Assembly (NCBI RefSeq): GCF_001194135.2
Contig: NC_068993.1
Location: 15,623,560 to 15,682,882, forward strand
DNA from: Octopus bimaculoides
Lineage: Eukaryota
Direction: 5' to 3'
DNA length: 59,323 nt
Shown here: positions 38,160 to 49,974 of the stretch, in pieces
How positions within the stretch are numbered: the first letter of the stretch is position 1
Layout of the letters: each line of letters starts with the position of its first letter
Notes under the pieces: model-generated
Told to the model about the DNA's origin: nothing
What the model saw: the letters and a program-made list of their open reading frames with translations, nothing else
Database searches by the model: none
Program-made: the position numbers and the translations under genes

Positions 38160-38445
38160 TAATATTTAGCAGAAGCAACAGAGTGACACAAGGGCCGAAA
38201 ATTTCGTGCGTTGGCACTTATCAAGCTAGCAACAGGTCGAAGAACTATGAGTTTATATACCAGGTAGAAATTACTTCCTCTTGGGTGTTCTAGATTGAAT
38301 TTTAAAAACAATTACAATGTCACGTGGATGATTCATAGTTTTCAGATAGTTTGCTCGTTATGTCGTTCAAATACATGAGGAATAAATATTCATATTCATA
38401 TCTTGAGTTCTATTTTTCCTGTTCGTATCACCATACTTATATATN
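38160..38445. repeat. Dispersed ~280-bp unit, copy 1 (copy 2 at 47780-48025)
   Basis: Core from 38164 vs 47784 is 65/78 identical by manual alignment; second shared block catatc.tgagttcta.ttttt.cctgtt precedes (TA)n. Confidence 0.85.
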
Positions 38446-38682
38446 NNNNNNNNNNNNNNNNNNNNNNNNNNNNNNNNNNNNNNNNNNNNNNNNNNNNNNN
38501 NNNNNNNNNNNNNNNNNNNNNNNNNNNNNNNNNNNNNNNNNNNNNNNNNNNNNNNNNNNNNNNNNNNNNNNNNNNNNNNNNNNNNNNNNNNNNNNNNNNN
38601 NNNNNNNNNNNNNNNNNNNNNNNNNNNNNNNNNNNNNNNNNNNNNNNNNATATATCTTATGATAATTCTACATGTCAGTCCG

Positions 38683-38850
38683 TTACTTAGCCCGTCTGTA
38701 ACGCTTCCACATTATTAGTTGAAAGCGGAAGAATGTGATGGGTGGGGTGGAGAGATGTAGGAGAGATGATGATGAGTGAAATCTTTTTTAACTAACTTCT
38801 TTTCCTCCATTACTTAGCCCGTCTGTAACGCTTTCACACAGTTAATTGAA
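38683..38850. repeat. Short direct duplication, period ~127 bp
   Basis: ttacttagcccgtctgtaacgctt (24 nt exact) at 38683 and 38810. Confidence 0.85.
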
Positions 38851-39479
38851 TGGAAAGGCATAGAGCGAAAAAAGAAAAGAGAAACAGAGTGCAAGGCAAT
38901 GAGTGAAGTAGAAATAGAGAGAGTGTGTGGTGTATTACGTCTATAAAATTGAGAATAAAGTGAGTATATGAAGTGCATTAAGTAATCATCGAATTCTAAT
39001 TTCCTTCATTTTCAATGAATAACAGAGGAACGGCTATCTTTTGATGCAGTCACAACACAGACTACAGTTTTAGATTTTTCGGATACAGTTTTCAGAAATA
39101 ACCCAATAAGTTTACCATTTATTCCGTGAAATATTCACGCGTCCCGCTAATATTTTAATATATTGCGTAGGCATTGCAAGACAGACAATCCGATGTAGAA
39201 CTCAATATACGTAGATTTCAGAACGAAGTGTTATTTGAATATAGAGCGGTTCCCAAATAAATTGCACTTCATCATATTCCAGGCTCCGATGTTGCTATAA
39301 GGCGTTTTTCAGGCACTCAACTATGAACCCACTGCATCTTATGGCAGAAACGGCTGTAAGATAACGAAGTTCATAAGATAATCATTTATTCCTTTGCCAT
39401 CTCTCTTTCTTATATATATATATATCAAAAGGAACAAATATCCTTCCTGGGCCATAGACCCACAGTTCCGGGTTCTTGG

Positions 39480-39665
39480 ATTTTTTGCACATATACTCCC
39501 CCTCTGGATGGGGCACCGCCTGCCCCAAGATTACTCAATTATGCCAGCTGTGTGGACTAAATCAACGAGAAATGGTATGTTATGTACAAAAACAGAACAC
39601 ATCGCCTGATCTAGGAATCGAAACTACAAACTAGCCATCATGACTGCCACTTCCTAACCACAACA
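39480..39665 (-). mobile_element. Degenerate SINE C2 copy
   Basis: ctggatgggg...ttactc...gccagctg.gtggact...ggaatcgaaac.acaa matches 29360-29530. Confidence 0.7.
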
Positions 39666-39836
39666 GAATTTATTAAACAGTTTAGGTTGATATTTTTTTA
39701 TTATAAATAGAAACTTCTTGATTAGTTACTCAGAATTTCTGGTTACTGAGTCTTCAGTCGTATGAATTCTTACAAACGTGGAACTTAGAGTAAGAATGCA
39801 GGAAGCGTCAGATTCTTATTTAAAAAAATATATCTG

Positions 39837-39889
<53 letters not shown>

Positions 39890-40302
39890 GTGTGTGTGTG
39901 TGTGTGTTTGTGTGTGTGTTTCTGGCGGAGTAGGGGTGGGGTTGGAATGGAGATAAAGGGAGAGGGCTTTATGAGAGAGACAAAAATTCAAATGCAGAAA
40001 GACTATTGTGCAATTATCTATTTTTCAAACGCGTTCTAGTTAATGACATTAAAACTTTGCCGACTAATTAACTTCCTGTGTAAAATGTATAAGTTGCAGC
40101 ATGTTTCGATCACTTTTTATCAATAGACGTTCATTAAATGTGTTCTTTTTTCCTAAATATGTAGTACGTTCATACATACTTTAAAAATAAAGGTTACTAG
40201 TTCAAATCTAGTCTGGGTCTTGTATATACCCAACAATAACATACATTATTAACATCGAACATGAACATAATCAAAACATAAAGTAGATATACATTTTGTA
40301 AA

Positions 40303-40470
40303 TATACGAGAGGCAGCTGAAAAGTTCCTGGCTTTAAGGGTATCGTAAGAGGCCCGGTTGAAGGCCCAAACTTCCGAGTTTTTTTTTTTACAGTGCTTCG
40401 AAAAACTGAAGAGCCGCTGAAATAATTGTTTGAAACCGGTTTCCATTGTGCAAATATATGATTGAAACAT
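40303..40470 (+). mobile_element. Mariner-derived MITE-like fragment
   Basis: Starts ta|cgagaggcagctgaaaagttcctggcttt (mariner-type TIR); a similar aaagttcctgg fragment lies at ~41515. Confidence 0.5.
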
Positions 40471-41661
40471 TCAACCTATGTTTATCCTATTTCTTTAGAG
40501 TTGCGTATAAAAGCATCATCTAATGTGCATCACTTTTAAGGTTGAAGTGCGATTTGATGGAAACTTTGGCTGCTAACCCTTGTGGATCCAACTTCGTTAA
40601 TTCTCTCCCTCGTTATTCACACCCTCCATTGCCTTGTTATCATTCTTGTCTTGCGCTCTCGTTCGCTCGGTCTCATCGTTTTGTTTCTTTTGTGTCGTTT
40701 TAATGAACAGGCTTTTCCAAGAGGCCTGCATAATATTTCATTTTATCTTCTGTTGATTTTGTAATTTTCATGTTTGTAAACGCCGAAATGATGAGATACC
40801 CAGCTGCAGATGTATATTCAGTGTTAAAATCCGGGCATCTTTTTTTTATTTCGCTAAAAAATATATTATGTCTGAATCTCCTTAAAAGAAAAATCCCGTT
40901 TTATGCATCTTCTCGTTGAGCAAATATCTTGTGAGCAATATCATGCTAAAATACTATATTTAGTATGGTCTAAATATCTGTGACGTATTAATTAACTGCT
41001 TCTTCTTTATAAAAGAAATCCATTATGCAGAACTTGCGAAACATACGTGAACCATTAACCTTCTTCAGTAAGATGCATCGTCACAATATTCGTTTTTAGT
41101 TTTTCATGGCAGGATATTATATTTTGTCTTTTACCACCTTAAACTCCAACTTGAATTCTCGAAATTGCAACTCAAATTGTGAGGATTATTGCATAATGAG
41201 AACCAATTACCTTTTCACGAACATATTTTTTGTGTAACAAAAAGACGAGAGGTTTCCAACAAATCTTGGGTTTTAAGAAAAGATATATGATGTCAACTAG
41301 ATAGCAAAGAAAAACAACAGACATTCTATCACCTCGCAGGTTTTTGCTAATATACGCCATCAAAATTAATTGGTTTCTTCAGCCGAAAGCTAGAACTGTG
41401 TGCCTTAATTGGATGCTCAAAAACAGTTGCTATTTATCCTGTAATTAGAAGTGTTTGATAATCCATCTATTTATTATGCAATTAAAAATAGTATTGGTAG
41501 GCTAGCGGTGCTGCAATCAAAGTTCCTGGACTTCTCTTTATTGTTCGTCCTTTCGAACAGCATTTAGATGGTAATTGGATGTTCTAATGCGAGTCATACT
41601 TACGTAGCTTCTCCACTTCATCTGTAGCTTACGGATCATGTAAAAGCTCATTAAAGCAAAT

Positions 41662-41707
<46 letters not shown>

Positions 41708-41771
41708 CAGATAGAAAGGTACATACATACACATACATACATACATACATATATACATACATACATACATA

Positions 41772-42070
41772 CATCTGGCCACCTAACTCCCCAGACTCCA
41801 AGCCCCCTTGTTTATAATGTGTGGGATGCAGTTGAGCGAGAGACCAACAAGACCCCTTGTATTACCAAAGATGAACTGAAGGCAAGGATTATGGCAGCAT
41901 TCACCAATTTAAACAAGGAAACCGTCCAGAAGATTTGCAGGAGATTCCGAAATCGTCTGTAGACCATGGTTGAAGCCAATGGCGATTCTATTGAATTAGC
42001 TTACTCTTTAGTATTTCAAGATATCTTTATGTAATTTTGCTAAATATATCTGCTAAAATGAGAAGTCAGT
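41772..42070 (+). mobile_element. Tc1/mariner-superfamily (maT-like) transposase 3' end
   Basis: WPPNSPDS.P...VWDAVERETNKTPCITKDELKARIMAAFTNLNKETVQKICRRFRNRL*TMVEANGDSIE (WPPNSPDLNP-type motif, frameshifted). Confidence 0.88.
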
Positions 42071-42169
42071 GTTATTTTCAATTTTGCGTAACGCAGACGA
42101 CAGTTTATTCACCGCACGCTGCATGTCCGGCATTAGCCATGATAGATCGCTAACCACTACACACATTTT

Positions 42170-42370
42170 TTGTCTCTCTCCTTTGTTTCTCTGCTTGCTT
42201 CTTTCTGTGTTCCTTTCTGTGGAAGAGCGTAGGCTTGAAACGTTAAATACTTTTTCAATTACCGAGCGTTATACTAATACGTCTGTTTGTTTTCTACACC
42301 ACCTGTCTTCCTCTTTTGTTTTGTTTTTTTTTTGTGAATTCTGCCAATATATATATATATATATATATAT

Positions 42371-42372
<2 letters not shown>
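42170..42372 (+). mobile_element. Short HHR-bearing repeat, family H1, with (TA)n tail
   Basis: Pyrimidine-rich 5' part, HHR motif, ttaccgagcgttatactaatac block, (TA)n 42348-42371. Confidence 0.7.
42213..42248 (+). ncRNA. Minimal hammerhead-like motif, variant core CTGTGGA
   Basis: TTT-CTGTGGA (42217-23)-A-GAGC-gtag-GCTT-GAAAC (42237-41)-GTT-AAA. Confidence 0.5.
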
Positions 42373-42422
<50 letters not shown>

Positions 42423-42791
42423 TTTAGAAGTTTCTTAAGCAACTAATATTTTCGTTATGTGATTATATAGCTAAAAAAGGCGCCATTGTGTAAACAGAAC
42501 GGGATGTTAATTACTTGAAGAAGATAATTCAAGGGAGGGAAGGGGAAAGGTGAAGAGATAAGAAAGTGTAGCATAAATAATATCAGATATAATGTAGTTT
42601 GTATACTACTTGTTCTCACACACTCTTGCGTACAGACGTCACTGCATAAAATAAAGTTAGACAGGCCTACCAATACACAATAAACTTTTACAGAAATATA
42701 AATAACAATTATACGTATATGCCATCATTCACCCATATACATAAATGATTGCTTACATGCGCACGCACACACGTATGTATATATATATTTG

Positions 42792-42834
<43 letters not shown>

Positions 42835-42864
42835 TTACACGCACATTCACATATACATATGTGA

Positions 42865-42919
<55 letters not shown>

Positions 42920-42921
<2 letters not shown>

Positions 42922-43070
42922 CCGGAGTAAGCACATAAATGCGAAACAAGGTGGAAGAAATAGTACTCGAATACCCGAGGTAGAGTGATATGCTTTATCA
43001 AAAAACAGCAGAAATATCACAAAAGCTGTTGCCCAGAGTTTCACGTTCCCGTTTGTTGGACGGTTGGTGC
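42920..43070 (-). mobile_element. Short repeat (family H3) with a degenerate hammerhead, abutting (TA)n
   Basis: Minus strand CCGT-CCAACAA-ACG-ggaa-CGT-GAAA-CTC-t-GGG-CA-ACAG (43063-43026). CCAACAA equals CCGACGA with two CpG>CpA changes. Confidence 0.5.
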
Positions 43071-43195
43071 AAGACGATGCCTTCTACCTTTAATGCTAGG
43101 CTGCTTTTGTTGTAACTTAATGTATAAAGCAAGTAAGTTACCAAAATATCGCAAAATATTAGATTCAACACAATACATGTGAGGAGTGGACAATA

Positions 43196-43422
43196 TTGGG
43201 TTGTCCGGAAAGTTCGTGGCGATTTATAGCAGCTTACCTTTCGACTTATTTGCCATGAAACCACCTCAATTCTGGAAAGAGGGTATTTTCAAGTTAAAGG
43301 AAAGATGGAGACGCATTGTGCAACAAAATGGTTCATGTTTGGTTAATTAAAAATGTAATGGCAATATTTATTGACCTTTTTCTTTCCTTTAAAAATCGGC
43401 ATGAACTTTCCGGACATCCCAA
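43196..43422 (+). mobile_element. Mariner MITE (internally deleted) with 30-bp TIRs
   Basis: Left TIR 43196-43225 vs reverse complement of 43393-43422: 3 mismatches. TA on the left, TG on the right. Internal GIFKLKERWRRIVQQNG is the mariner C-terminus. Confidence 0.93.
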
Positions 43423-43429
43423 TGAAAAC

Positions 43430-43711
43430 AAAAGCTTCTCTACCTGAAGTATCAAGGCCGAGATGGTGTCAAGATGTAGGAGGTGTTTGAAGTTCCTCCT
43501 GGGGACCCAATAAAGAACACATGCGCTAGGATCTGTGGTCGCCGTAAGGCTGTGGTGGAAGCTGAGGTCAGCTACTTTGAGAAAATTGTTATTTCCTAGC
43601 AATAATCTAGTTGATATTTGATTTTTTTTACAATAGCTTTATTTTTTGATGTGATATTGTATTTTCTTATCCTTTTATACAAACTCTCAAATTTAACCCA
43701 ACCACCCTGTA
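43430..43711 (+). mobile_element. Tc1/mariner (maT-like) 3' end with terminal TIR
   Basis: EVFEVPPGDPIKNTCARICGRRKAVVEAEVSYFE; ends ...caaccaccctg|ta (CAGGGTG-type terminus plus TA). Confidence 0.75.
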
Positions 43712-44309
43712 TGAGAAATAATATCCCAGCTACATATACTAATAATACATTGAAGAACATACACTAAAATTTGGAAATCAGGGGCCAGCGAAACAGTTTA
43801 GTAAAATACGACCTCCCTTCTCCTACAAAACCTTTGTCGTTAAAACATGCACGAAAATCTATTTAATAAAACCATTTTTTATGTGAAAACTTTTTCTAAA
43901 CAAAAAATTATCAATAAAATGTGTTTCTCTCTGTTATTTGTGGGAAACTTGTGAAACTATACAGAAATATATTTACTGTAAGACTTTTATACGAAAACAT
44001 AATTTTGAATCTTTATTTTTATATGTAAATATATCACAGAAATATTTATCAGCTATATTAAAAAATAAAATTTGTCCAATATTCAAAGATATGTACACAG
44101 TAACAAAATTGTATTCACACTTCAGGGAAAGAAAAATGTGTGGAAATATTTTAATATTGAATTTATTCAGACATTACAGTATTAAAGAAGTAATCTTTAA
44201 CCTGTTTTTGTCTCTTTTATTATGCGGACAAAGCAGTCAATGTACCAAGGGAAGGGAGGGGTGTTCAATGTCTGATGAGAAATGTCATGAAATGATATAA
44301 AATAACTAT

Positions 44310-44760
44310 TTTTGTTTGAAGGTATGTTACTGGTCAAGCGTACCTAAAAATGCGACGCATATCAATTTTACCTGTCATACATACATTTTCCACAAGACGG
44401 GACCACCATACTGTTGCCGAAACGAGCGAGCTTACCTATCTGAGTATTTACAAGGACACTAGATAGCACGAAGGTGTGCAGTTGATTTCCTCTCACGTTC
44501 ACCTGATTTTACATCTACAGACTTAGACTTATCGAGCACCATAAAGGATGTCGTGTATCGCAGAAGACTGGCTACACTAACGGCTCTTCAGGAAGGAACT
44601 GAAACGGAATATGCAGCCATCTCACTGGACACTTTAGCCAGTATTGCCCAAGCAGCAACTCATCGAACTAGTGCCTGGAAGCTTATGACCACCACTTTGA
44701 GCACCTTTTGAAATTGTAAAGGTTAAATGTAATTTTATCAACCTTGTGATGTCAGAAAAA
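44310..44760 (+). mobile_element. Decayed Tc1/mariner-superfamily transposase C-terminal half
   Basis: FEG.VTGQAYL, cacaagacgggaccaccat (QQDG.P-like), cctctcacgttcacctgattt (P.RSPD), KDVVYRRRLATL, accactttgagcacc (HFEHL). Confidence 0.7.
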
Positions 44761-45278
44761 GGTTTAGTATTAAAACATTTTTATACGTTTTCCTTTACGT
44801 CAATTGTATATACATATTTATATNNNNNNNNNNNNNNNNNNNNNNNNNNNNNNNNNNNNNNNNNNNNNNNNNNNNNNNNNNNNNNNNNNNNNNNNNNNNN
44901 NNNNNNNNNNNNNNNNNNNNNNNNNNNNNNNNNNNNNNNNNNNNNNNNNNNNNNNNNNNNNNNNNNNNNNNNNNNNNNNNNNNNNNNNNNNNNNNNNNNN
45001 NNNNNNNNNNNNNNNNNNNNNNNNNNNNNNNNNNNNNNNNNNNNNNNNNNNNNNNNNNNNNNNNNNNNNNNNNNNNNNNNNNNNNNNNNNNNNNNNNNNN
45101 NNNNNNNNNNNNNNNNNNNNNNNNNNNNNNNNNNNNNNNNNNNNNNNNNNNNNNNNNNNNNNNNNNNNNNNNNNNNNNNNNNNNNNNNNNNNNNNNNNNN
45201 NNNNNNNNNNNATACATATATATATATACGCATGTATATATATATATATATATATATATACATACATACATACATACA

Positions 45279-45310
<32 letters not shown>

Positions 45311-45619
45311 CACGAACGTATGCATTTACACAAATATTACATGAGTGTCTATACGCGTGTAAGACAGAAGGCAGAAGAGAGATAAATGTGTGCACAATGA
45401 ATTTTATAAAGATTCCGTTCTCATAAATCTGTTATAGTTATAGCGATGAATAAACTGATCTCCATCTTCAAATTGGAAAAATATGAAGCATATACAGACG
45501 TTGTTTTAAATGTTAGCTTTATGAACAGGTTGAGCGAGCCGTACAGTATTTGACAAGAGCTACTAACATGTAATATAGGGTAAAATATCCACCAAAGTCG
45601 ATAGCAAATCTAGATGACC

Positions 45620-46200
45620 TTCCTGATAATGGACTATTGGATCGAGCAATAGTCTGTTTAATGAAAAGCTGTGTCTAAGCAGCCGTGAAATTTTGGGGTG
45701 AAAATGTTTTTAAAATCCTCGAAGATATGTCGTGTTCTCGCAAAATTAGAGCCGCATCATATGGTTGAAAATCAGATGGTAGAGCTGTGTTACAGTCTAT
45801 CAAGAGATGTTGGATTGTTCGAATTCTGGTGAAAGCTTTCCGTACATTTTCATAAATGCAGGAATACTTAGATATGTGGCAACGATATCAAAAGAAAAAT
45901 GTCAGCGTTGCCGTGTGTTGGATCATCTAAATAACGAAAAAAAAACAAATTTCGTTTGATTTCCTTAAAAGTAAAGTAGTTATATTCCGTTGGTTATTGC
46001 ACCGGCGGCTTTCATCAAGAGTTTGTTCCATTTAGTCAAGCGATAAATAAAATGTTTGCTTGGATATCCTGAGGCGAATGTAAACGTGATCTGGGTGCTG
46101 TACAACGGCTACTCCGTTTCTCACGCATCACTCAATAACTGCAAAACGATTCCTGACTCTCTCAAAAGTGGACGCAACCAATGTGAAAGTGACCAGTTTC
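45620..46200 (+). mobile_element. Decayed mariner transposase
   Basis: RVLAKLEPHHMVENQ (cf. RRV.AKFVP..LT..Q) and FHQEFVPFSQAINK...LDILRR (cf. HHEFVP.GQTVN...LEVLRR). Confidence 0.6.
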
Positions 46201-46254
46201 ATTAAACTGTAAGAGGAAGAATACACACCTTTTTACAATTTGATATCGTTTGAG

Positions 46255-46345
46255 GTGGTGTAGGCTTGGCTGTGTGGTAAGACTTTGTTTCTTAACCACA
46301 TGGCTCCGGGCTTAGTTCTACTGAGTGTGCGTATGTGTGTGTGTA
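46255..46345 (+). mobile_element. SINE family B head
   Basis: gtaggcttggctgtgtggtaagac...aaccacatggctccggg.ttag. Confidence 0.8.
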
Positions 46346-46584
46346 TGTATTTGTGACTTTTACTTGTAATGACCAGTTCTTTTGGTCAAACTATCGTATC
46401 TCCAGATGCTTCAGATACCAAGACATCAAAATTTGTCAAAGTGTACTACAACCGTTTTTTCTATCGAATGATGAAACTATTTTTTCTTTTTCTGAAAAAG
46501 CAACGTTTTGGACCTACGACACCTTTGTATACTAGCAACGACATGTATATATATACATATATATATATTGATATAAAATTTTGG

Positions 46585-46785
46585 CAAAAGGCTAGCACTT
46601 TCGGGGAGTGGGTAAGTCCATTAACATCCATCCCAAAGGTCAACTAGAACTTATTTTATCGACCCCACAAGGATGAAAGGCAAAGTCTACCTCGGTGGTA
46701 TATGTATTTAGGACATATAGATGGACGAAGTGCCGCTAAGCATTTTGTTCGGCGTGCTAACGTTTCTGCCAACTCGCCGCCATAA
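46585..46785 (-). mobile_element. SINE family A
   Basis: ttttatcgacccc..aaggatgaaaggcaaagtc.acctcgg...gctaagcattttgttcggcgtgctaacg.ttctgccaactcgccgcc. Confidence 0.88.
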
Positions 46786-46904
46786 AGGTATCCTAAAACA
46801 ACACGTTGGGTGATATGCCTCTGGGTTTCCTGAAACATAGCTAAAAACACATTTGATAATATATATTTTGTCTATTAAGTTTGACCTGTGGTTAAATTAA
46901 TATT

Positions 46905-47260
46905 AAAAAAACTGGTATTTCGTCGATAACGACGATGAAGCTTCCATTTGATCCGATCAACGGAACAACTGGAAATTTAAGGTGCAATTGGTTCGTGGAA
47001 TTTAACGCAATTGGCTGAGCACACCACAGACACAAGTACTCCGCAGGCACATCTCAGAGACATTCAACGTGACACAGAATGTGATAAGAATGGCCCTTTG
47101 AATTACTGGTACACCACATTTTTGGTAGCAGAGTGGACTGAAGCAGAGTGAAAAAAAAAAGTGTCGTGCTGAAGGACACAACGTACCGCCAGATATTGAA
47201 CTCACAATCCCAACCTTACAATCGTGTGCCGAATACCCTAACTACTTAGCCACGGCGCTT
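46905..47260 (-). mobile_element. Full-length SINE family C
   Basis: Reverse complement of 28455-28770 (gatccgatcaacggaac..., cagagacattcaacgtgacacagaatgtg, gaatacccta.ctacttagccacg). Confidence 0.88.
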
Positions 47261-47779
47261 TCGCTGTGATTAAATAACGATTGCTGCAACAGCAACGTTT
47301 ACAACAACAACAGGAACAGTAAAATAACCAACACAAAAAGCTAGTTCAACTATGAAGAATTCTAAACGTGTGCCTACTAAGTGAGTGGAACTTTCTAGAA
47401 AATCATGCTTAATAAATCAAAGAGGTAATTCCTTTTTCTTAATACATTTCATGTTTTATTAATATTTATCTTCTTATTTACGTATTATTTGGTTATTTAT
47501 GTATGTATTTTTTATAATATTTGTCCATTTATTTACTTTCTTCAATCGTTTTTTAATGCACTTATGACTTTCTATAATTTTCATAGATGAAGTCTATGAT
47601 GAATCTATTTATATGTGGATACTTGAAACTGATCGATTATTTGTAGGCAATATTGGTTTATCTGTGAGTGTACATGTAAACGGATTTGTGTGTATATACA
47701 CACATACATACATACATACATACATACTTAGATACATACATACATATATACATACATACATATGTATATATATATATAT

Positions 47780-48017
47780 TAACATTTAGCAGAAGTAATA
47801 GAGTGACTGAAGTTCCGATAGTTTCGTGTGTTGGCACTTATCAAACTAGTCACAGGACGAACGATTGAGTGTCTATATAAGGCCTTTGACCTGTGATTAG
47901 TTTGATAATTGGCAACGCACTAAAGTTTTGGACTTTCAGTCATTCTATTACCGCTACTAAATAAATAAAATTATACATATGCTCATATCATGAGTTCTAC
48001 TTTTTTCCTGTTTGCCT

Positions 48018-48025
<8 letters not shown>
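47780..48025. repeat. Dispersed ~250-280-bp unit, copy 2
   Basis: See 38160-38445. Confidence 0.85.
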
Positions 48026-48048
<23 letters not shown>

Positions 48049-48599
48049 NNNNNNNNNNNNNNNNNNNNNNNNNNNNNNNNNNNNNNNNNNNNNNNNNNNN
48101 NNNNNNNNNNNNNNNNNNNNNNNNNNNNNNNNNNNNNNNNNNNNNNNNNNNNNNNNNNNNNNNNNNNNNNNNNNNNNNNNNNNNNNNNNNNNNNNNNNNN
48201 NNNNNNNNNNNNNNNNNNNNNNNNNNNNNNNNNNNNNNNNNNNNNNNNNNNNNNNNNNNNNNNNNNNNNNNNNNNNNNNNNNNNNNNNNNNNNNNNNNNN
48301 NNNNNNNNNNNNNNNNNNNNNNNNNNNNNNNNNNNNNNNNNNNNNNNNNNNNNNNNNNNNNNNNNNNNNNNNNNNNNNNNNNNNNNNNNNNNNNNNNNNN
48401 NNNNNNNNNNNNNNNNNNNNNNNNNNNNNNNNNNNNNNNNNNNNNNNNNNNNNNNNNNNNATATATATATATATATATATATAGCTTACTACACACACGC
48501 ACGTGCCCGCACGCACTCACACATACATATACACACACATATATATAAACGTTAATGTCAAACGATGAAAATGAGTGTTCAACAGCGCATACGCGGATG

Positions 48600-48870
48600 T
48601 AATTTCTTTATTTGTGGATTATTGTATTTACATTCGACGGATATTTGTCCTCATCTTGTTTGTTATTAACACAACGTTTCGGCTGATATACCCTTCAGCC
48701 TTCTTCGGGTGTCTTGGGGAAATTTCAGACCTGGGTTCTCATTCCTAAGGTTTTTTTCGATATTATTATTATTATTATTATTATTATTATCATTCAGGTT
48801 ACTGCCTGGAATCGAACTCGGAATCTTGGGGTTAGTAGGCCGCGCTCTTAACCACTACGCCATATGCCCG
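48600..48870 (-). mobile_element. tRNA-headed SINE carrying an internal hammerhead motif (family H4)
   Basis: Minus strand A-box TGGCGTAGTGG (48862-52), B-box GTTCGATTC (48817-09), (AAT)n spacer, then the body containing the HHR at 48713-48668. Confidence 0.8.
48668..48713 (-). ncRNA. Minimal type I hammerhead-like motif, CCGAAGA core
   Basis: GACAC-CCGAAGA-A-GGCTGA-agggtata-TCAGCC-GAAAC-GTT-GTGTT: 5-bp stem I (one G.U), 6-bp stem II, palindromic AACGTT stem III. Confidence 0.7.
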
Positions 48871-48949
48871 TAAATATAGAACTGTATTATCTTCCTACAA
48901 GTATTCAACTAAGAAAAGACATGAAAATCGCAGAACCTAGTTTTCTTTC

Positions 48950-49130
48950 ACGCATAAATAGTTTTTGCATTCGACCCCCGTGCTCTACTGATATTTATTT
49001 TATCGACTCCCATTCGATGAAAAGCAATATCGATCTCGGCATCATTTGAACTCGGAATATAAAACACCGCAATGAATATCGCAAAGCGTATATTTTTCGA
49101 CACTAACGATTGAGCCAATTCGATAGTCGT
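48950..49130 (-). mobile_element. Degenerate SINE family A
   Basis: ttttatcgactcc...gatgaaaagcaat.tcgatctcggc...tttgaactc.gaat... Confidence 0.75.
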
Positions 49131-49147
49131 CGTCATCGTCATCGTCC

Positions 49148-49212
<65 letters not shown>
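49148..49212. repeat. (TAG)n
   Basis: Directly visible. Confidence 0.97.
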
Positions 49213-49757
49213 AATAATTATATAAATATATAAAATTTACCATAGTAATACAAAATAATACACGAAAAACGATCTTCATGTTTTATCATCCGATTGCAGT
49301 CTTTTGCAAAAGATGGAGGCCTAAAGTTGACATAACTGACAGCTAAAGTGACTATAAAATTATAGTTCCGATAGCGAGCTGACATATTGTGTTGTAGTCG
49401 AGTAATTGGTCTAATTAAGTAGAATACTTAGTGATCGAGAAATGCAAAATTTTTCATCGAGTAGCACTCACAAGAACATAAGAAAGACGATGCGAAGACG
49501 GTCGCATCATTTCTACTACTCATACAAGAATGCTTGCATATATAAATACGTGTACGTGTGCGTGTGTCTGAGTGTGTGTGTGGCTGCATATTTGTGTGAA
49601 TGTACCTGTGTCTAGGCATGTATTTATGTACTGCTTATATAGTTATATAAAGATATAGATGCGTTGTATAGCAAATATATGCATATCTATGCATATACAT
49701 ATGTATAAATGCGTGTATATATAAATGTGTGTGTTAGTATGTGTGTATACGTATGCA

Positions 49758-49814
<57 letters not shown>

Positions 49815-49816
<2 letters not shown>

Positions 49817-49930
49817 AGGCGCAGGCGTGACTGCAAGGTAAGAAGTTTGTTTCTCAACCACATGGTTTCGGGTTCAGTCCCACTGCGTGCCATCGTGGGC
49901 ATGTGTCTTCTACTGTTGCCTCGGGCAATA
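49815..49930 (+). mobile_element. SINE family B head
   Basis: ggcgcaggcgtgactg..ggtaagaag...aaccacatggtttcgggttcagtcccactgcgtg...gggcatgtgtcttctact; a further degenerate B copy at ~50150-50285. Confidence 0.88.
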
Positions 49931-49974
49931 TATAGTGAACTCAAATAAACAATTAGTTCAAATAATTGAATAAA

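Noticed and set aside
44272-44300. CTGATGA...GAAA; similar weak cases at 2689, 11530, 36495 and 40105
   Set aside because: Stem II of 2 bp or less, or missing GAAA or stem I; compatible with chance.
28455-48870. tRNA genes
   Set aside because: A/B boxes are SINE heads lacking full cloverleaf acceptor stems and continuing into repeat bodies.
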